The notes: generated by a model from the sequence alone, not told the origin. Shown: positions 29,655 through 38,386, counted from the first letter of the stretch. The stretch is 64,000 bases of DNA from a virus (IMGVR_UViG_3300027659_003120:27817-91816), one strand, 5' to 3'. Program-made: numbers and translations.

Positions 29655-30470
29655 ATGGAAATAAAAATAAAATCGGAAGATATGAAGAAGAATAAACTCT
29701 TTGTGGCTACACCAATGTATGGTGGTATGGCACATGGAATGTATATGAAATCTTCTTTAGACCTTCAAGGAATAATGTCTAAGTATGGAGTGGAAACTAG
29801 ATTCTCATTTCTATTTAATGAATCATTAATAACAAGAGCAAGAAATTATTTAGTAGATGAATTTCTGCGTTCAGAATGTACTCATTTACTATTCATAGAT
29901 TCGGATATACATTACAACCCAGAAGATGTGGTTGCACTTTTGGCATTAGATAAAGATGTTATTGGTGGACCTTATCCTAAAAAATCTATCAACTGGAACA
30001 ATGTGGCACTCGGAGCCCGTAATCATCCAAATATGGCTCCACATGAATTAGAAGGTCTCGTTGGCGATTATGTATTTAATGTTGTTAAAGGCACTCAACA
30101 ATTCACAGTGACTGAGCCTCTTGAAGTGATGGAAATTGGCACAGGCTATATGATGATTAAACGTAGTGTTTTTTCTGTTATGGAAACTGCATATCCACAA
30201 TTGAGGTACAAACCAGACCATGTCGGTCAAGCACATTTTGATGGCAGTCGTTATATCCATGCATATTTTGATACGATTATTGACACATTAGATAGTGCAA
30301 CTGGCGGTGGCTCTGACCGGTATCTTTCAGAGGATTATATGTTCTGTCAATTGTGGCGCAAAACTGGTGGGTCTATTTTTCTATGCCCATGGATGAAAAC
30401 ACAACATATTGGCACATATCCATTTTCTGGCAATCTTTCTAAAATTGCAGAGTTAACTGGTAAATTGTAA
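29655..30470 (+). CDS. GT-A fold glycosyltransferase-like protein
   Basis: FVATPMYGG, SLITRARN, FIDSDI (DxD), GTGYMMIKR, YLSEDYMFC. Confidence 0.7.
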   Translation: MEIKIKSEDMKKNKLFVATPMYGGMAHGMYMKSSLDLQGIMSKYGVETRFSFLFNESLITRARNYLVDEFLRSECTHLLFIDSDIHYNPEDVVALLALDKDVIGGPYPKKSINWNNVALGARNHPNMAPHELEGLVGDYVFNVVKGTQQFTVTEPLEVMEIGTGYMMIKRSVFSVMETAYPQLRYKPDHVGQAHFDGSRYIHAYFDTIIDTLDSATGGGSDRYLSEDYMFCQLWRKTGGSIFLCPWMKTQHIGTYPFSGNLSKIAELTGKL

Positions 30471-30803
30471 ATGAACTTGGTTAAAATGTCTCAAAATTCT
30501 TCCACTGGTGGTCGTAAATTTGACGGCGATAAATTAGAATATGGATTAATTCCTCCATTAGCCCTGCAGGAAATGGTAAGAGTTTTAACTTTTGGATGCA
30601 AAAAATATGAAAGAGATAATTGGAAAAAAGTTCCTGAATCTAAACGAAGATATTTTGATGCATTAGAACGACACCTCTGGGCATGGAAAATGGGTGAACA
30701 ACTAGACCCAGAATCTGGTATGCATCACCTAGCACATGCTATGTGTTGTTTATCATTTTTATTTGAGCATGATGTTAAGTATTCTCTTGACAAAGCTGAA
30801 TAA
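30471..30803 (+). CDS. dATP/dGTP diphosphohydrolase-like (DUF5664)
   Basis: GRKFDGDK, FGCKKYERDNW, DPESGMHHLAHAMCC. Confidence 0.82.
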   Translation: MNLVKMSQNSSTGGRKFDGDKLEYGLIPPLALQEMVRVLTFGCKKYERDNWKKVPESKRRYFDALERHLWAWKMGEQLDPESGMHHLAHAMCCLSFLFEHDVKYSLDKAE

Positions 30804-30815
30804 ATGTTGTATAAT
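30787..30815 (+). promoter_or_regulatory. sigma70 promoter for gp45 operon
   Basis: TTGACA-17-TATAAT. Confidence 0.8.
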
Positions 30816-30835
30816 TAAATTTTTGAAAGTATATT

Positions 30836-31519
30836 ATGAAATTGTCTAAAGACACACTAACGGTATTAAAAAACTTTGCGACTATCAATGATGGCATTAT
30901 GTTTCGCAAAGGTAGTGTATTGCGTACTTGTGATGCACAAAAGCAAGTATTGGCTGAAACTACAATCGCAGAAACGATTGATGAAGATTTTGGTATCTAT
31001 GACTTGAATAAATTTCTTGCAGTTCTAGGATTGCATGAAGATAATTCACAACTTCAAATTGATATGGCAACTAAATCGGCTATCATCAATGACACCACTG
31101 GTCGTAGTAAAATCACATATCGTATTTGTGATTCAGTTATGATTAAAAATGTATTAGACAAATCTGTTAAGATGCCAGAACCAGAGGTAACTTTCACACT
31201 GAAACAAGAAGACCTTGAATTTATTTTGCGTTCTGCATCTATTCTTGCTACTCCTCACATTGCAGTAACGTCTGATGGAAATAAAGTTTTTGTATCTGCT
31301 CTTGATGACAAAAATACATCTACACATACCAATCAACTTGAGGTTGGAAATGGTAATCAAAAGAAATATAAAATGGTGTTCAAGACTGAGAACATGAAAA
31401 TGATTTCTGGTGTATATGAAGTTTCTATTTCATTTAAGGGTATTGCACATTTTAAAAATACTAAAAAACCATTACAGTATTGGATTGCTACAGAACTCGG
31501 CTCAACAAACGAAGGTTGA
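30836..31519 (+). CDS. gp45: sliding clamp gp45
   Basis: MKLSKDTLTVLKNFATIN, FGIYDLNKFL, YWIATE. Confidence 0.95.
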   Translation: MKLSKDTLTVLKNFATINDGIMFRKGSVLRTCDAQKQVLAETTIAETIDEDFGIYDLNKFLAVLGLHEDNSQLQIDMATKSAIINDTTGRSKITYRICDSVMIKNVLDKSVKMPEPEVTFTLKQEDLEFILRSASILATPHIAVTSDGNKVFVSALDDKNTSTHTNQLEVGNGNQKKYKMVFKTENMKMISGVYEVSISFKGIAHFKNTKKPLQYWIATELGSTNEG

Positions 31520-31548
31520 TTTTTTGATTTTTTTATTATGGAGTTTTT

Positions 31549-32481
31549 ATGCAACATTTATTGTGGACAGAATCACATCGTCCAAAAACAATTGAGGAGT
31601 GTATTTTACCTGAACGATTGAAAAAGCCGTTTCAGGAATATGTTAATACAAAGAAGATTCCACACTTGCTATTATCCGGTGGTGCAGGTGTAGGAAAAAC
31701 AACAGTTGCGAAAGCAATGTGTAATCAGATTGATGCAGATTACATTATGATTAATGGTTCCGATGAATCGGGCATTGATGTTTTTCGTACTAAGATTAAG
31801 GACTTTGCATCGTCAATGTCCTTCACTGGCGGGCGTAAGGTTATTATCATTGATGAGGCTGATTATTTAAATCCAAACTCAACACAACCTGCATTGCGTA
31901 ATGCAATGGAAGAGTTTGCATCAAACTGTTCTTTTATTTTTACTTGCAATTTTAAAAATCGTATCATTGACCCATTACATAGCCGCTGTGCTGTGGTTGA
32001 CTTTACTCTGAGAAATGAAGACAAGACAAAAATGGCGACTCAGTTTTTCAAGCGAATTCAATTAATATTACAAAGTGAAAAAGTTGAGTATGAAGATATG
32101 GTAATCGCTGAATTAATCAAAAAACATTTTCCCGACTTTCGGCGAATACTAAATGAGTTACAACGATACTCACAATTTGGTAAGATTGATGTGGGCATTC
32201 TTACTCACATAGGTGAAGTATCAATTGCAGAAATCATTAAGCACCTAAAGAACAAAGATTTTGGTGCAATTCGTAAGTGGGTTGCTACTGCTGATTTTGA
32301 TGCAGCAACCCTATATCGTAAACTATATGACAACCTTTATGATGTATTACAACCTCAGAGCATACCTCAAGCAGTTATCATTCTAGCAGATTATCAGTAT
32401 AAGCAAGCATTTGTTGCCGATGTTGAAATCAATACTGTCGCATGTCTAACAGAAATTATGGTAAGTGTAGAGTTCAAATGA
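31549..32481 (+). CDS. gp44: clamp loader large subunit gp44
   Basis: RPKTIEECILP, GGAGVGKTT, IIDEAD, PLHSRC, FPDFRR. Confidence 0.96.
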   Translation: MQHLLWTESHRPKTIEECILPERLKKPFQEYVNTKKIPHLLLSGGAGVGKTTVAKAMCNQIDADYIMINGSDESGIDVFRTKIKDFASSMSFTGGRKVIIIDEADYLNPNSTQPALRNAMEEFASNCSFIFTCNFKNRIIDPLHSRCAVVDFTLRNEDKTKMATQFFKRIQLILQSEKVEYEDMVIAELIKKHFPDFRRILNELQRYSQFGKIDVGILTHIGEVSIAEIIKHLKNKDFGAIRKWVATADFDAATLYRKLYDNLYDVLQPQSIPQAVIILADYQYKQAFVADVEINTVACLTEIMVSVEFK

Positions 32482-32663
32482 AAGATTATGAAGTACATCC
32501 TATTGGAACATTTACTGAGATTAAATTCTCAAGGGCGTTAGTTGATGCAATTGAACAGATTACACAACAGTATGGAAATGGTATTGTGCCCAATTCTGTT
32601 TTCAATGCATACTGTAAATTAAAAACACATTATGATGTTCAACTTGAATCGGAAAATATATGA
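32478..32663 (+). CDS. hypothetical protein
   Basis: ATGA overlaps at both ends. Confidence 0.55.
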   Translation: MKDYEVHPIGTFTEIKFSRALVDAIEQITQQYGNGIVPNSVFNAYCKLKTHYDVQLESENI

Positions 32664-33145
32664 TTAGAAATGTTTTTGGTGATTATCAAATCACGGGCAA
32701 AGATTATGCCATAATAATCTTGAGAGAATTAATATTATCACAGTTTATTTCAATAACACCTAATCTTAAAACAGATAAGGGTGTTAATAGTGATAGATAT
32801 ATTAATGTAGCAGGATTTTATTTTATATACAACAATGAAGAATTGGTTTATATCGGTTACACAAATCATAGTATTCATGGAAGAATTGGTAGATTTTTTG
32901 CAGGTGTTAGGGGCACCGAAAGGTATGATGAAAACCATCCCGCAGCCTATAAGTTTGTTGCAAAGTATGGATGTAAATGTGAAAACGTGTTTTTAAAAAT
33001 TATTCCTGTTGATTATAATTCATTATTGTCCGATATTACTATGACCGATATAGAAGATGAATTGATTCAATCTATGAAGCCCACATTAAATAATGAAATT
33101 TATAGAAATAGAGATGTGTTATCACATTCTTTTGAGTTGCAATGA
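32660..33145 (+). CDS. GIY-YIG-like nuclease
   Basis: GFYFIY...VYIGYT, GRIGRF (catalytic R), IEDELI (E), PTLN. Confidence 0.7.
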   Translation: MIRNVFGDYQITGKDYAIIILRELILSQFISITPNLKTDKGVNSDRYINVAGFYFIYNNEELVYIGYTNHSIHGRIGRFFAGVRGTERYDENHPAAYKFVAKYGCKCENVFLKIIPVDYNSLLSDITMTDIEDELIQSMKPTLNNEIYRNRDVLSHSFELQ

Positions 33146-33429
33146 ATAAATTATTAAAGCCAACATTTGATTGGATTCGTGATGATTTTAAATCTAACTC
33201 TTTTCGCTTTTGTATTGAGCTTTTGGCTTGGGCTATTAGCATCGGTTGCGCCATTACTATGGCAGCAACAGTCCCTAATCCGCCTCTGCTTATCTTGTAT
33301 CCTATTTGGATTACTGGTTGCGCTCTCTACGCTTGGGCTGCTTTTACTAGGAAATCCTTTGGCATGTTGGCTAACTATATGCTATTAGTTACGATTGATA
33401 GTGTAGGATTGATTAGAATGCTAACATGA
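33142..33429 (+). CDS. small membrane protein
   Basis: Three hydrophobic segments; ATGA coupling both sides. Confidence 0.7.
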   Translation: MNKLLKPTFDWIRDDFKSNSFRFCIELLAWAISIGCAITMAATVPNPPLLILYPIWITGCALYAWAAFTRKSFGMLANYMLLVTIDSVGLIRMLT

Positions 33430-33812
33430 GTAATCCATTTGAATATGTAAATCAAATTCTGCAGGGTAAAAAGCAGTTAATTGTTGATGGTGCGACCGAG
33501 AAATTATATGAGCCATTTCTCGTAAATCGGGCGCTTTCCTACCACAAAGACTGTATTATGTATGCTAATGAGATGAATCGTAGGCATTTCATAGATAAAA
33601 AACTACAGAATGATTTTTTGATAAATACTATTAGGTCCTATAAAAGACCTTTCAATAAGTGGATTAAGGCTGAAAAAAGTGAAGATATAGCATGTATAAA
33701 GACCTATTTTGGTCTCTCGGATGCTAAAGCACGGGAAGCATTAAAACTCCTTAATGAAGAGCAAATCCTAGAATTAAAAGAAAAAACCGATATTGGCGGA
33801 TTAAGGAAATGA
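33426..33812 (+). CDS. gp62: clamp loader small subunit gp62
   Basis: YEPFLVNRALS, YANEMN, KAREAL, DIGG; precedes regA. Confidence 0.92.
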   Translation: MSNPFEYVNQILQGKKQLIVDGATEKLYEPFLVNRALSYHKDCIMYANEMNRRHFIDKKLQNDFLINTIRSYKRPFNKWIKAEKSEDIACIKTYFGLSDAKAREALKLLNEEQILELKEKTDIGGLRK

Positions 33813-33813
33813 A

Positions 33814-34209
33814 ATGGTTAATTTATCAACCTTTATTGAGGTGTCACTAAAAGAACAAGATGATTTCTTGAAAGTGCGGGAAACATTAACCAGAATTGGT
33901 GTGTCTTCTCGTAGAGAAAAGATTTTATATCAGTCGTGTCATATTTTACATAAAAGAGGCCAATATTATATTGTCCATTTCAAAGAGCTATTTGCTTTGG
34001 ATGGTAAAGACTCAAGTATAGTAGATAATGATATAGAAAGACGAAATGCCATAGCAAAGCTTTTAGAAGAATGGGAATTGGTAAAAATTGTTAATCCAGA
34101 AATTATGATAGATAAAATTGCACCAATACATCAAATTAAAATTATATCATTTCGTGAAAAAGACCAGTGGGAATTAGTAAGTAAGTATAACATCGGAAAA
34201 AAACTTTAA
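33814..34209 (+). CDS. regA: translational repressor RegA
   Basis: DDFLKVRETLTRIG, LYQSCHILHK, IVHFKELFALDG, KYNIG. Confidence 0.96.
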   Translation: MVNLSTFIEVSLKEQDDFLKVRETLTRIGVSSRREKILYQSCHILHKRGQYYIVHFKELFALDGKDSSIVDNDIERRNAIAKLLEEWELVKIVNPEIMIDKIAPIHQIKIISFREKDQWELVSKYNIGKKL

Positions 34210-34412
34210 TGGTTGTTGAATATATTATGAGAATAATTAAAGAAAAAATTGTAGAACTAAAAAATATATACTCTGGAGAGATTGTTTTCTCTAGTAATTT
34301 GTATGAAAAAAGAGTTGATGGCACAATGACATTTATTCAAGTTTATAAATCGGAAGATCCGCAAAGAAAATATCTTGTAAATTCTGCTGCGTTTGTAAAA
34401 GTGCATAAATAA
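34209..34412 (+). CDS. hypothetical protein
   Basis: TAATG-coupled to regA (alternative ATG 34227). Confidence 0.55.
   Translation: MVVEYIMRIIKEKIVELKNIYSGEIVFSSNLYEKRVDGTMTFIQVYKSEDPQRKYLVNSAAFVKVHK
34404..34411 (+). promoter_or_regulatory. late promoter variant CATAAATA
   Basis: Sits 6 nt before the first hairpin of the structured intergenic region. Confidence 0.6.
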
Positions 34413-34415
34413 AAG

Positions 34416-34536
34416 TACCCACCTTAGGGCTGTTTGATGCTACGGTATAAGGCGTCCGTGTAATTACACCTTCAGTACGTTAATCTGGACCAGTATAAGG
34501 TAAGCTGGAGTTATGCCTTCGGGATAACATTTTTTT
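34416..34536 (+). ncRNA. candidate structured RNA (pseudoknot, kissing loop, cUUCGg hairpin)
   Basis: GC-richer intergenic stretch almost completely covered by complementary segments; see findings. Confidence 0.6.
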
Positions 34537-34564
34537 AACTTGCTTTTTAAAGGAGAAAACAACT

Positions 34565-34780
34565 ATGTTGTTATACGCAAACATGGCTATTGATGCGATT
34601 CAAAATGCCAAAAATACCTTTCTTGACAACTCTGTTAAGGAAGAATCTATTAAAAAACCACTCAAAGCATTTGTTGAATCTCAAAGAGTATTCACTAAAC
34701 AAATAGCTAAGTCTTTTTCTGATATAACTACAGCATACTCATCATATGATTATGCTAGTATCTTTAAACCGACTAAGTAA
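34565..34780 (+). CDS. small amphipathic helical protein, possibly phasin-like
   Basis: Strong AAGGAG SD; AIDAIQNAKNTF...FVESQRVFTKQ helical pattern; function is a guess. Confidence 0.5.
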   Translation: MLLYANMAIDAIQNAKNTFLDNSVKEESIKKPLKAFVESQRVFTKQIAKSFSDITTAYSSYDYASIFKPTK

Positions 34781-34799
34781 TTTTTTAAAGGAGAACTAT

Positions 34800-35249
34800 A
34801 TGACATTGCATAAATTTACACACCTGTATCCTTCGGTTGTTGGATTTGATAGACTTTTAGATACCTTTGATAATATGTTATCTGAAAAACCTACAACATT
34901 TCCACCACATAATATTATTAAAATTGATGACAATAATTATTCTGTTGAACTAGCAGTTGCTGGTTTCAATGAAGATGAAATTAGTGTTGAAATTTTAAAA
35001 GGTAATTTGACCATCAGTGGCACAAAAAGAAAAACTGAAGGAGAAACAAATTATCTATATCATGGAATTGGCGTTCGTTCATTTCAAAAGAATGTTAGAT
35101 TAGCTGATACTGTAGAGGTTGCAGGAGCAATTTTAGATAATGGTATTCTTACTGTGAAACTTGTTAATATTACACCGATTGAAAAACAACCGGTAAAAAT
35201 TGCAATTAAAACAGTAGGTAAAACTCAACTTTTGCAAGAAAGAGTTTAA
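34800..35249 (+). CDS. hsp20: small heat-shock protein Hsp20 (IbpA-like)
   Basis: VGFDRL, FPPHNI, ELAVAGF, YLYHGIGVRSF, LDNGILTV; AAGGAG SD. Confidence 0.95.
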   Translation: MTLHKFTHLYPSVVGFDRLLDTFDNMLSEKPTTFPPHNIIKIDDNNYSVELAVAGFNEDEISVEILKGNLTISGTKRKTEGETNYLYHGIGVRSFQKNVRLADTVEVAGAILDNGILTVKLVNITPIEKQPVKIAIKTVGKTQLLQERV

Positions 35250-35256
35250 AAAACAC

Positions 35257-35285
35257 TTGACTTTTCTGCCTATTTGTGCTATAAT
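35257..35285 (+). promoter_or_regulatory. sigma70 promoter
   Basis: TTGACT-17-TATAAT with TGn. Confidence 0.8.
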
Positions 35286-35310
35286 ACAGCATTAATAGGT
35301 AGATTATATT

Positions 35311-36210
35311 ATGAAAATTGCTCTCGCTTCCGACGTACACCTTGAGTTTGGTCAACTTGAAATTAAAAACACCGAGAATGCCGATGTGCTTATTCTATCG
35401 GGCGATATCTGTGTTGCTAAGGACTTGAATGACCGGGCTGATATTAACATCCTTGGTGAATCACACAAGTCTAATAGATACCATGCGTTTTTTCAAAAGT
35501 GCTCCGAAGAATTTAAGAATGTGATATACATTGCAGGAAATCATGAGCATTATCACGGTGATTTTGCTGTGTCTATCCCACGAATTCGTGAGAAACTTGC
35601 ATACTTGCCTAACATTCATTTTCTTGATAAAGAGTTTATTGCATTTGATGATGTAACTTTCATTGGTGGTACTCTTTGGACAGATATGAACGAAGAAGAC
35701 CCAAACACACTATACTCAATCAAGAGACATATGAATGATTACCAAATCATTAAGAACTCTAACCGAGAAGTGAGTATTAAGTCGCCAATCTTTGAAATTA
35801 ATGATGATGGTTCTACCGATTATACAAAAATTTTAAGTTATCACCGTCAAACTCGTGCAGCAACATTCTGCCCAGAAGATTCTGTTGAAGACCATAAGGC
35901 AATGTTGAACTTTATCCATGAAACTGCTGTAGGTGTACAAGAAAAGTTTGTTGTTGTGGGTCACCACTCGCCATCTAAACTTTCTACAAAACCTCAATAT
36001 GAGGATGATGTGATAGTTAATGGCGCTTACTCTTCTGATTTGTCGGAGTTCATTCTGGACCATCCGCAGATTAAGGTATGGACACATGGTCACACTCACC
36101 ATAAGTTTGACTATATGCTTGGCTCTACTCGTATTATCTGCAACCCTCGTGGTTACATTAATTACGAACCAGATGCTGATTTTTTTGAATTACAATATTT
36201 TGAGGTATAA
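35311..36210 (+). CDS. calcineurin-like metallophosphoesterase
   Basis: SDVHLE, GDI, GNHE, HHSP, HGHTH, NPRGY. Confidence 0.92.
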   Translation: MKIALASDVHLEFGQLEIKNTENADVLILSGDICVAKDLNDRADINILGESHKSNRYHAFFQKCSEEFKNVIYIAGNHEHYHGDFAVSIPRIREKLAYLPNIHFLDKEFIAFDDVTFIGGTLWTDMNEEDPNTLYSIKRHMNDYQIIKNSNREVSIKSPIFEINDDGSTDYTKILSYHRQTRAATFCPEDSVEDHKAMLNFIHETAVGVQEKFVVVGHHSPSKLSTKPQYEDDVIVNGAYSSDLSEFILDHPQIKVWTHGHTHHKFDYMLGSTRIICNPRGYINYEPDADFFELQYFEV

Positions 36211-36212
36211 CA

Positions 36213-36404
36213 ATGAAGAAAACTATAGGTTCAACTTTTAAAATAAATAGAGGAGTAAAACGCCAAATGGCAACAATTCTAGATGATACGGAAAGACATG
36301 CGTTTAAAAATTTAATGATACAAGCACAAATACAGGGCGAAACAGTAATTGCTGTAGAAAAGAAAAAGAAAAAAGTTAGCGGCCATGAGATATCTATATC
36401 CTAG
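36213..36404 (+). CDS. hypothetical basic protein
   Basis: GAGG SD; fills gap in operon. Confidence 0.6.
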   Translation: MKKTIGSTFKINRGVKRQMATILDDTERHAFKNLMIQAQIQGETVIAVEKKKKKVSGHEISIS

Positions 36405-37179
36405 TACTCTTGCAAATTTTTGGTACAATACATCAATGATGTTAGATGAAAGATATGCTACCGAAAATGGTTGTGTCATTTTAGGAATTTATTGTACTGT
36501 CGGAAAACAAAATTTACGTCTTCAACATAATATTGATGTAGGAGAAAAATTGATTATATATCAAACTGAACCTCTAGTTGATGGTCATTGGCATTCTCCA
36601 AAAAAATTGATTGATATTTTAAAACAAGCTGATGAAATTTGGGAATATGATATAAACAATTATTATTATTTACGGACACTTGGATTTACCAATGTTTTTT
36701 TCAGACCATTTCTTTATACTAAAGTAATGGAAAATATTCAAGAAAAAGAGCCGGAGATTGATGTTTTGTTTTATGGAACAATGAATCCCCATAGACAAGA
36801 ATTGTTGCAAAAAATTGATATTTTTGATAAGGACATAAAATTCGTCTGTCTTTATTTTATTGATGGAATTCAATTAGATGATTATATTTCAAAAAGTAAA
36901 ATTGTTTTAGACTTAAATACTTGGGAAAATGGATATCAAAAACAATCTAGAATATCACATCTTTTAAATAATAAAAAATGCGTTTTATCTGAGAAAAGTT
37001 TATTTAATTTTTATGGAAAAGGAATTGTAGAATTTAATATTGACATTTTTGATTTTGAAAATAAAATAAAATTTCTTCTACGAGATAACAATTGGAAAAA
37101 ACAAGGACAACTTGGTTATGAAATATTTAAAAATATGAACATACAAACCTTTGAAAATTTATATAATGAACAAGTTTGA
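36385..37179 (+). CDS. glycosyltransferase-like protein (GT-B C-terminal type)
   Basis: IDVLFYG..NPHR, SKIVLDL, QSRI, CVLSE. Confidence 0.6.
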   Translation: MRYLYPSTLANFWYNTSMMLDERYATENGCVILGIYCTVGKQNLRLQHNIDVGEKLIIYQTEPLVDGHWHSPKKLIDILKQADEIWEYDINNYYYLRTLGFTNVFFRPFLYTKVMENIQEKEPEIDVLFYGTMNPHRQELLQKIDIFDKDIKFVCLYFIDGIQLDDYISKSKIVLDLNTWENGYQKQSRISHLLNNKKCVLSEKSLFNFYGKGIVEFNIDIFDFENKIKFLLRDNNWKKQGQLGYEIFKNMNIQTFENLYNEQV

Positions 37180-37609
37180 TAATGTTCATATGCGAGTTGC
37201 CGAAGTTTACTCTGAAGTATCTTCGGCTCGTAGATTGCAAGTTGGTTGTGTTATTGTAAAAAATAATACGATTATCGGTATTGGTTATAATGGAATGCCT
37301 TCTGGCTGGGATAATAACTGTGAGGATGAGATTGGCGAGGTGATAAATGGTGCCAACAAAATTGTTGAGATTAGATTGAAAACTAAACCTGAGGTATTAC
37401 ATGCAGAAAGTAATGCTCTGGCTAAAGTTGCTCGTAGTACAAATTCTAGTGAAGGTGCAACGCTATATGTCACACATGCGCCCTGCTTAGAGTGTTCTAA
37501 ATTGATTTATCAATCTGGTGTTAATAGTGTATTTTATCGTAATGAATATAGAGATTCTGCTGGCATTAATTTTTTAAATAAATGCGAAGTGCATGTGAAT
37601 AAAATATAA
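37166..37609 (+). CDS. dCMP deaminase
   Basis: GYNGMP, HAE, PCLECSK. Confidence 0.93.
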   Translation: MNKFDNVHMRVAEVYSEVSSARRLQVGCVIVKNNTIIGIGYNGMPSGWDNNCEDEIGEVINGANKIVEIRLKTKPEVLHAESNALAKVARSTNSSEGATLYVTHAPCLECSKLIYQSGVNSVFYRNEYRDSAGINFLNKCEVHVNKI

Positions 37610-37638
37610 AAAAAATTCTTTCAACAAACTAAATAAGT

Positions 37639-37712
37639 TGCGGGTTAGTAAAATGGTATTACGGAGGACTCATAATCCTCAGTTCTCAGTTCAACTCTGG
37701 GGCCCGCTACCA
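37639..37712 (+). tRNA. tRNA with CAT anticodon (Met/fMet-like), CCA encoded
   Basis: Acceptor GCGGGT/GCCCGC, D stem GTAA/TTAC, anticodon arm GAGGA-CTCATAA-TCCTC, T arm CTCAG-TTCAACT-CTGGG, ACCA end. Confidence 0.9.
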
Positions 37713-37723
37713 TAAAAAATATT

Positions 37724-38068
37724 ATGTATAATGATGTGTGTAAATTTATAGATGCTTGCGACCAAATTCCAAGCAACGAAACTATAAGTCTCTATAATTC
37801 TTTAATTATTGAAGAATTTTTAGAATTTAAACAAGCAAGACTGGAAAATGACACTATAGAAGAACTTGATGCCTGTATGGATTTAATATGGGTAATATTA
37901 GGATTCTGTAAGATGAAAGGTTTTGATGTGGATGGTGCTTGGGCTGAAGTAGCAAGAAGTAATTTGGCTAAAATTGATTCTGCAACAGGTAAAGTTATTA
38001 AACGACCAGATGGTAAAGTTTTAAAGCCTGACGGGTGGACTGCACCAAATCTTGCATCTTTTATTTAA
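37724..38068 (+). CDS. MazG-like / PRA-PH nucleotide pyrophosphohydrolase
   Basis: LIIEEFLE, ELDACMDL, EVARSNLAK, DGKVLKP. Confidence 0.85.
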   Translation: MYNDVCKFIDACDQIPSNETISLYNSLIIEEFLEFKQARLENDTIEELDACMDLIWVILGFCKMKGFDVDGAWAEVARSNLAKIDSATGKVIKRPDGKVLKPDGWTAPNLASFI

Positions 38069-38080
38069 ATGTGTTATAAT
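38052..38080 (+). promoter_or_regulatory. sigma70 promoter upstream of gp43 operon
   Basis: TTGCAT-17-TATAAT with TGn. Confidence 0.7.
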
Positions 38081-38086
38081 GAAAAC

Positions 38087-38386
38087 ATGCCAGAGACAAC
38101 AATAATGAATGAAGATACAAGAGAAATTCTTTTGATTTTGCAAGAGGAATGTGCTGAAGTTACTCAAGCAATCAGTAAATGTTTTCGGTTTGGAGCTGAC
38201 CAAATTAAACCAGGTAAAGAAAACACAAACATTCACTGCGTTCAAGAAGAGTTAGGTGATTTGTTAGCAATGATTGAATTGTTGGTAGATAAAAATATTG
38301 GAGTGACGAATGATGGGTTGACTAGAGCGAAAACTGATAAATTTTTAAAATTAAAACAATGGTCTAATATAGTAATTAACAAATAA
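38087..38386 (+). CDS. MazG-like protein
   Basis: QEECAEVTQAISKCFRFG, EELGDLL. Confidence 0.75.
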   Translation: MPETTIMNEDTREILLILQEECAEVTQAISKCFRFGADQIKPGKENTNIHCVQEELGDLLAMIELLVDKNIGVTNDGLTRAKTDKFLKLKQWSNIVINK

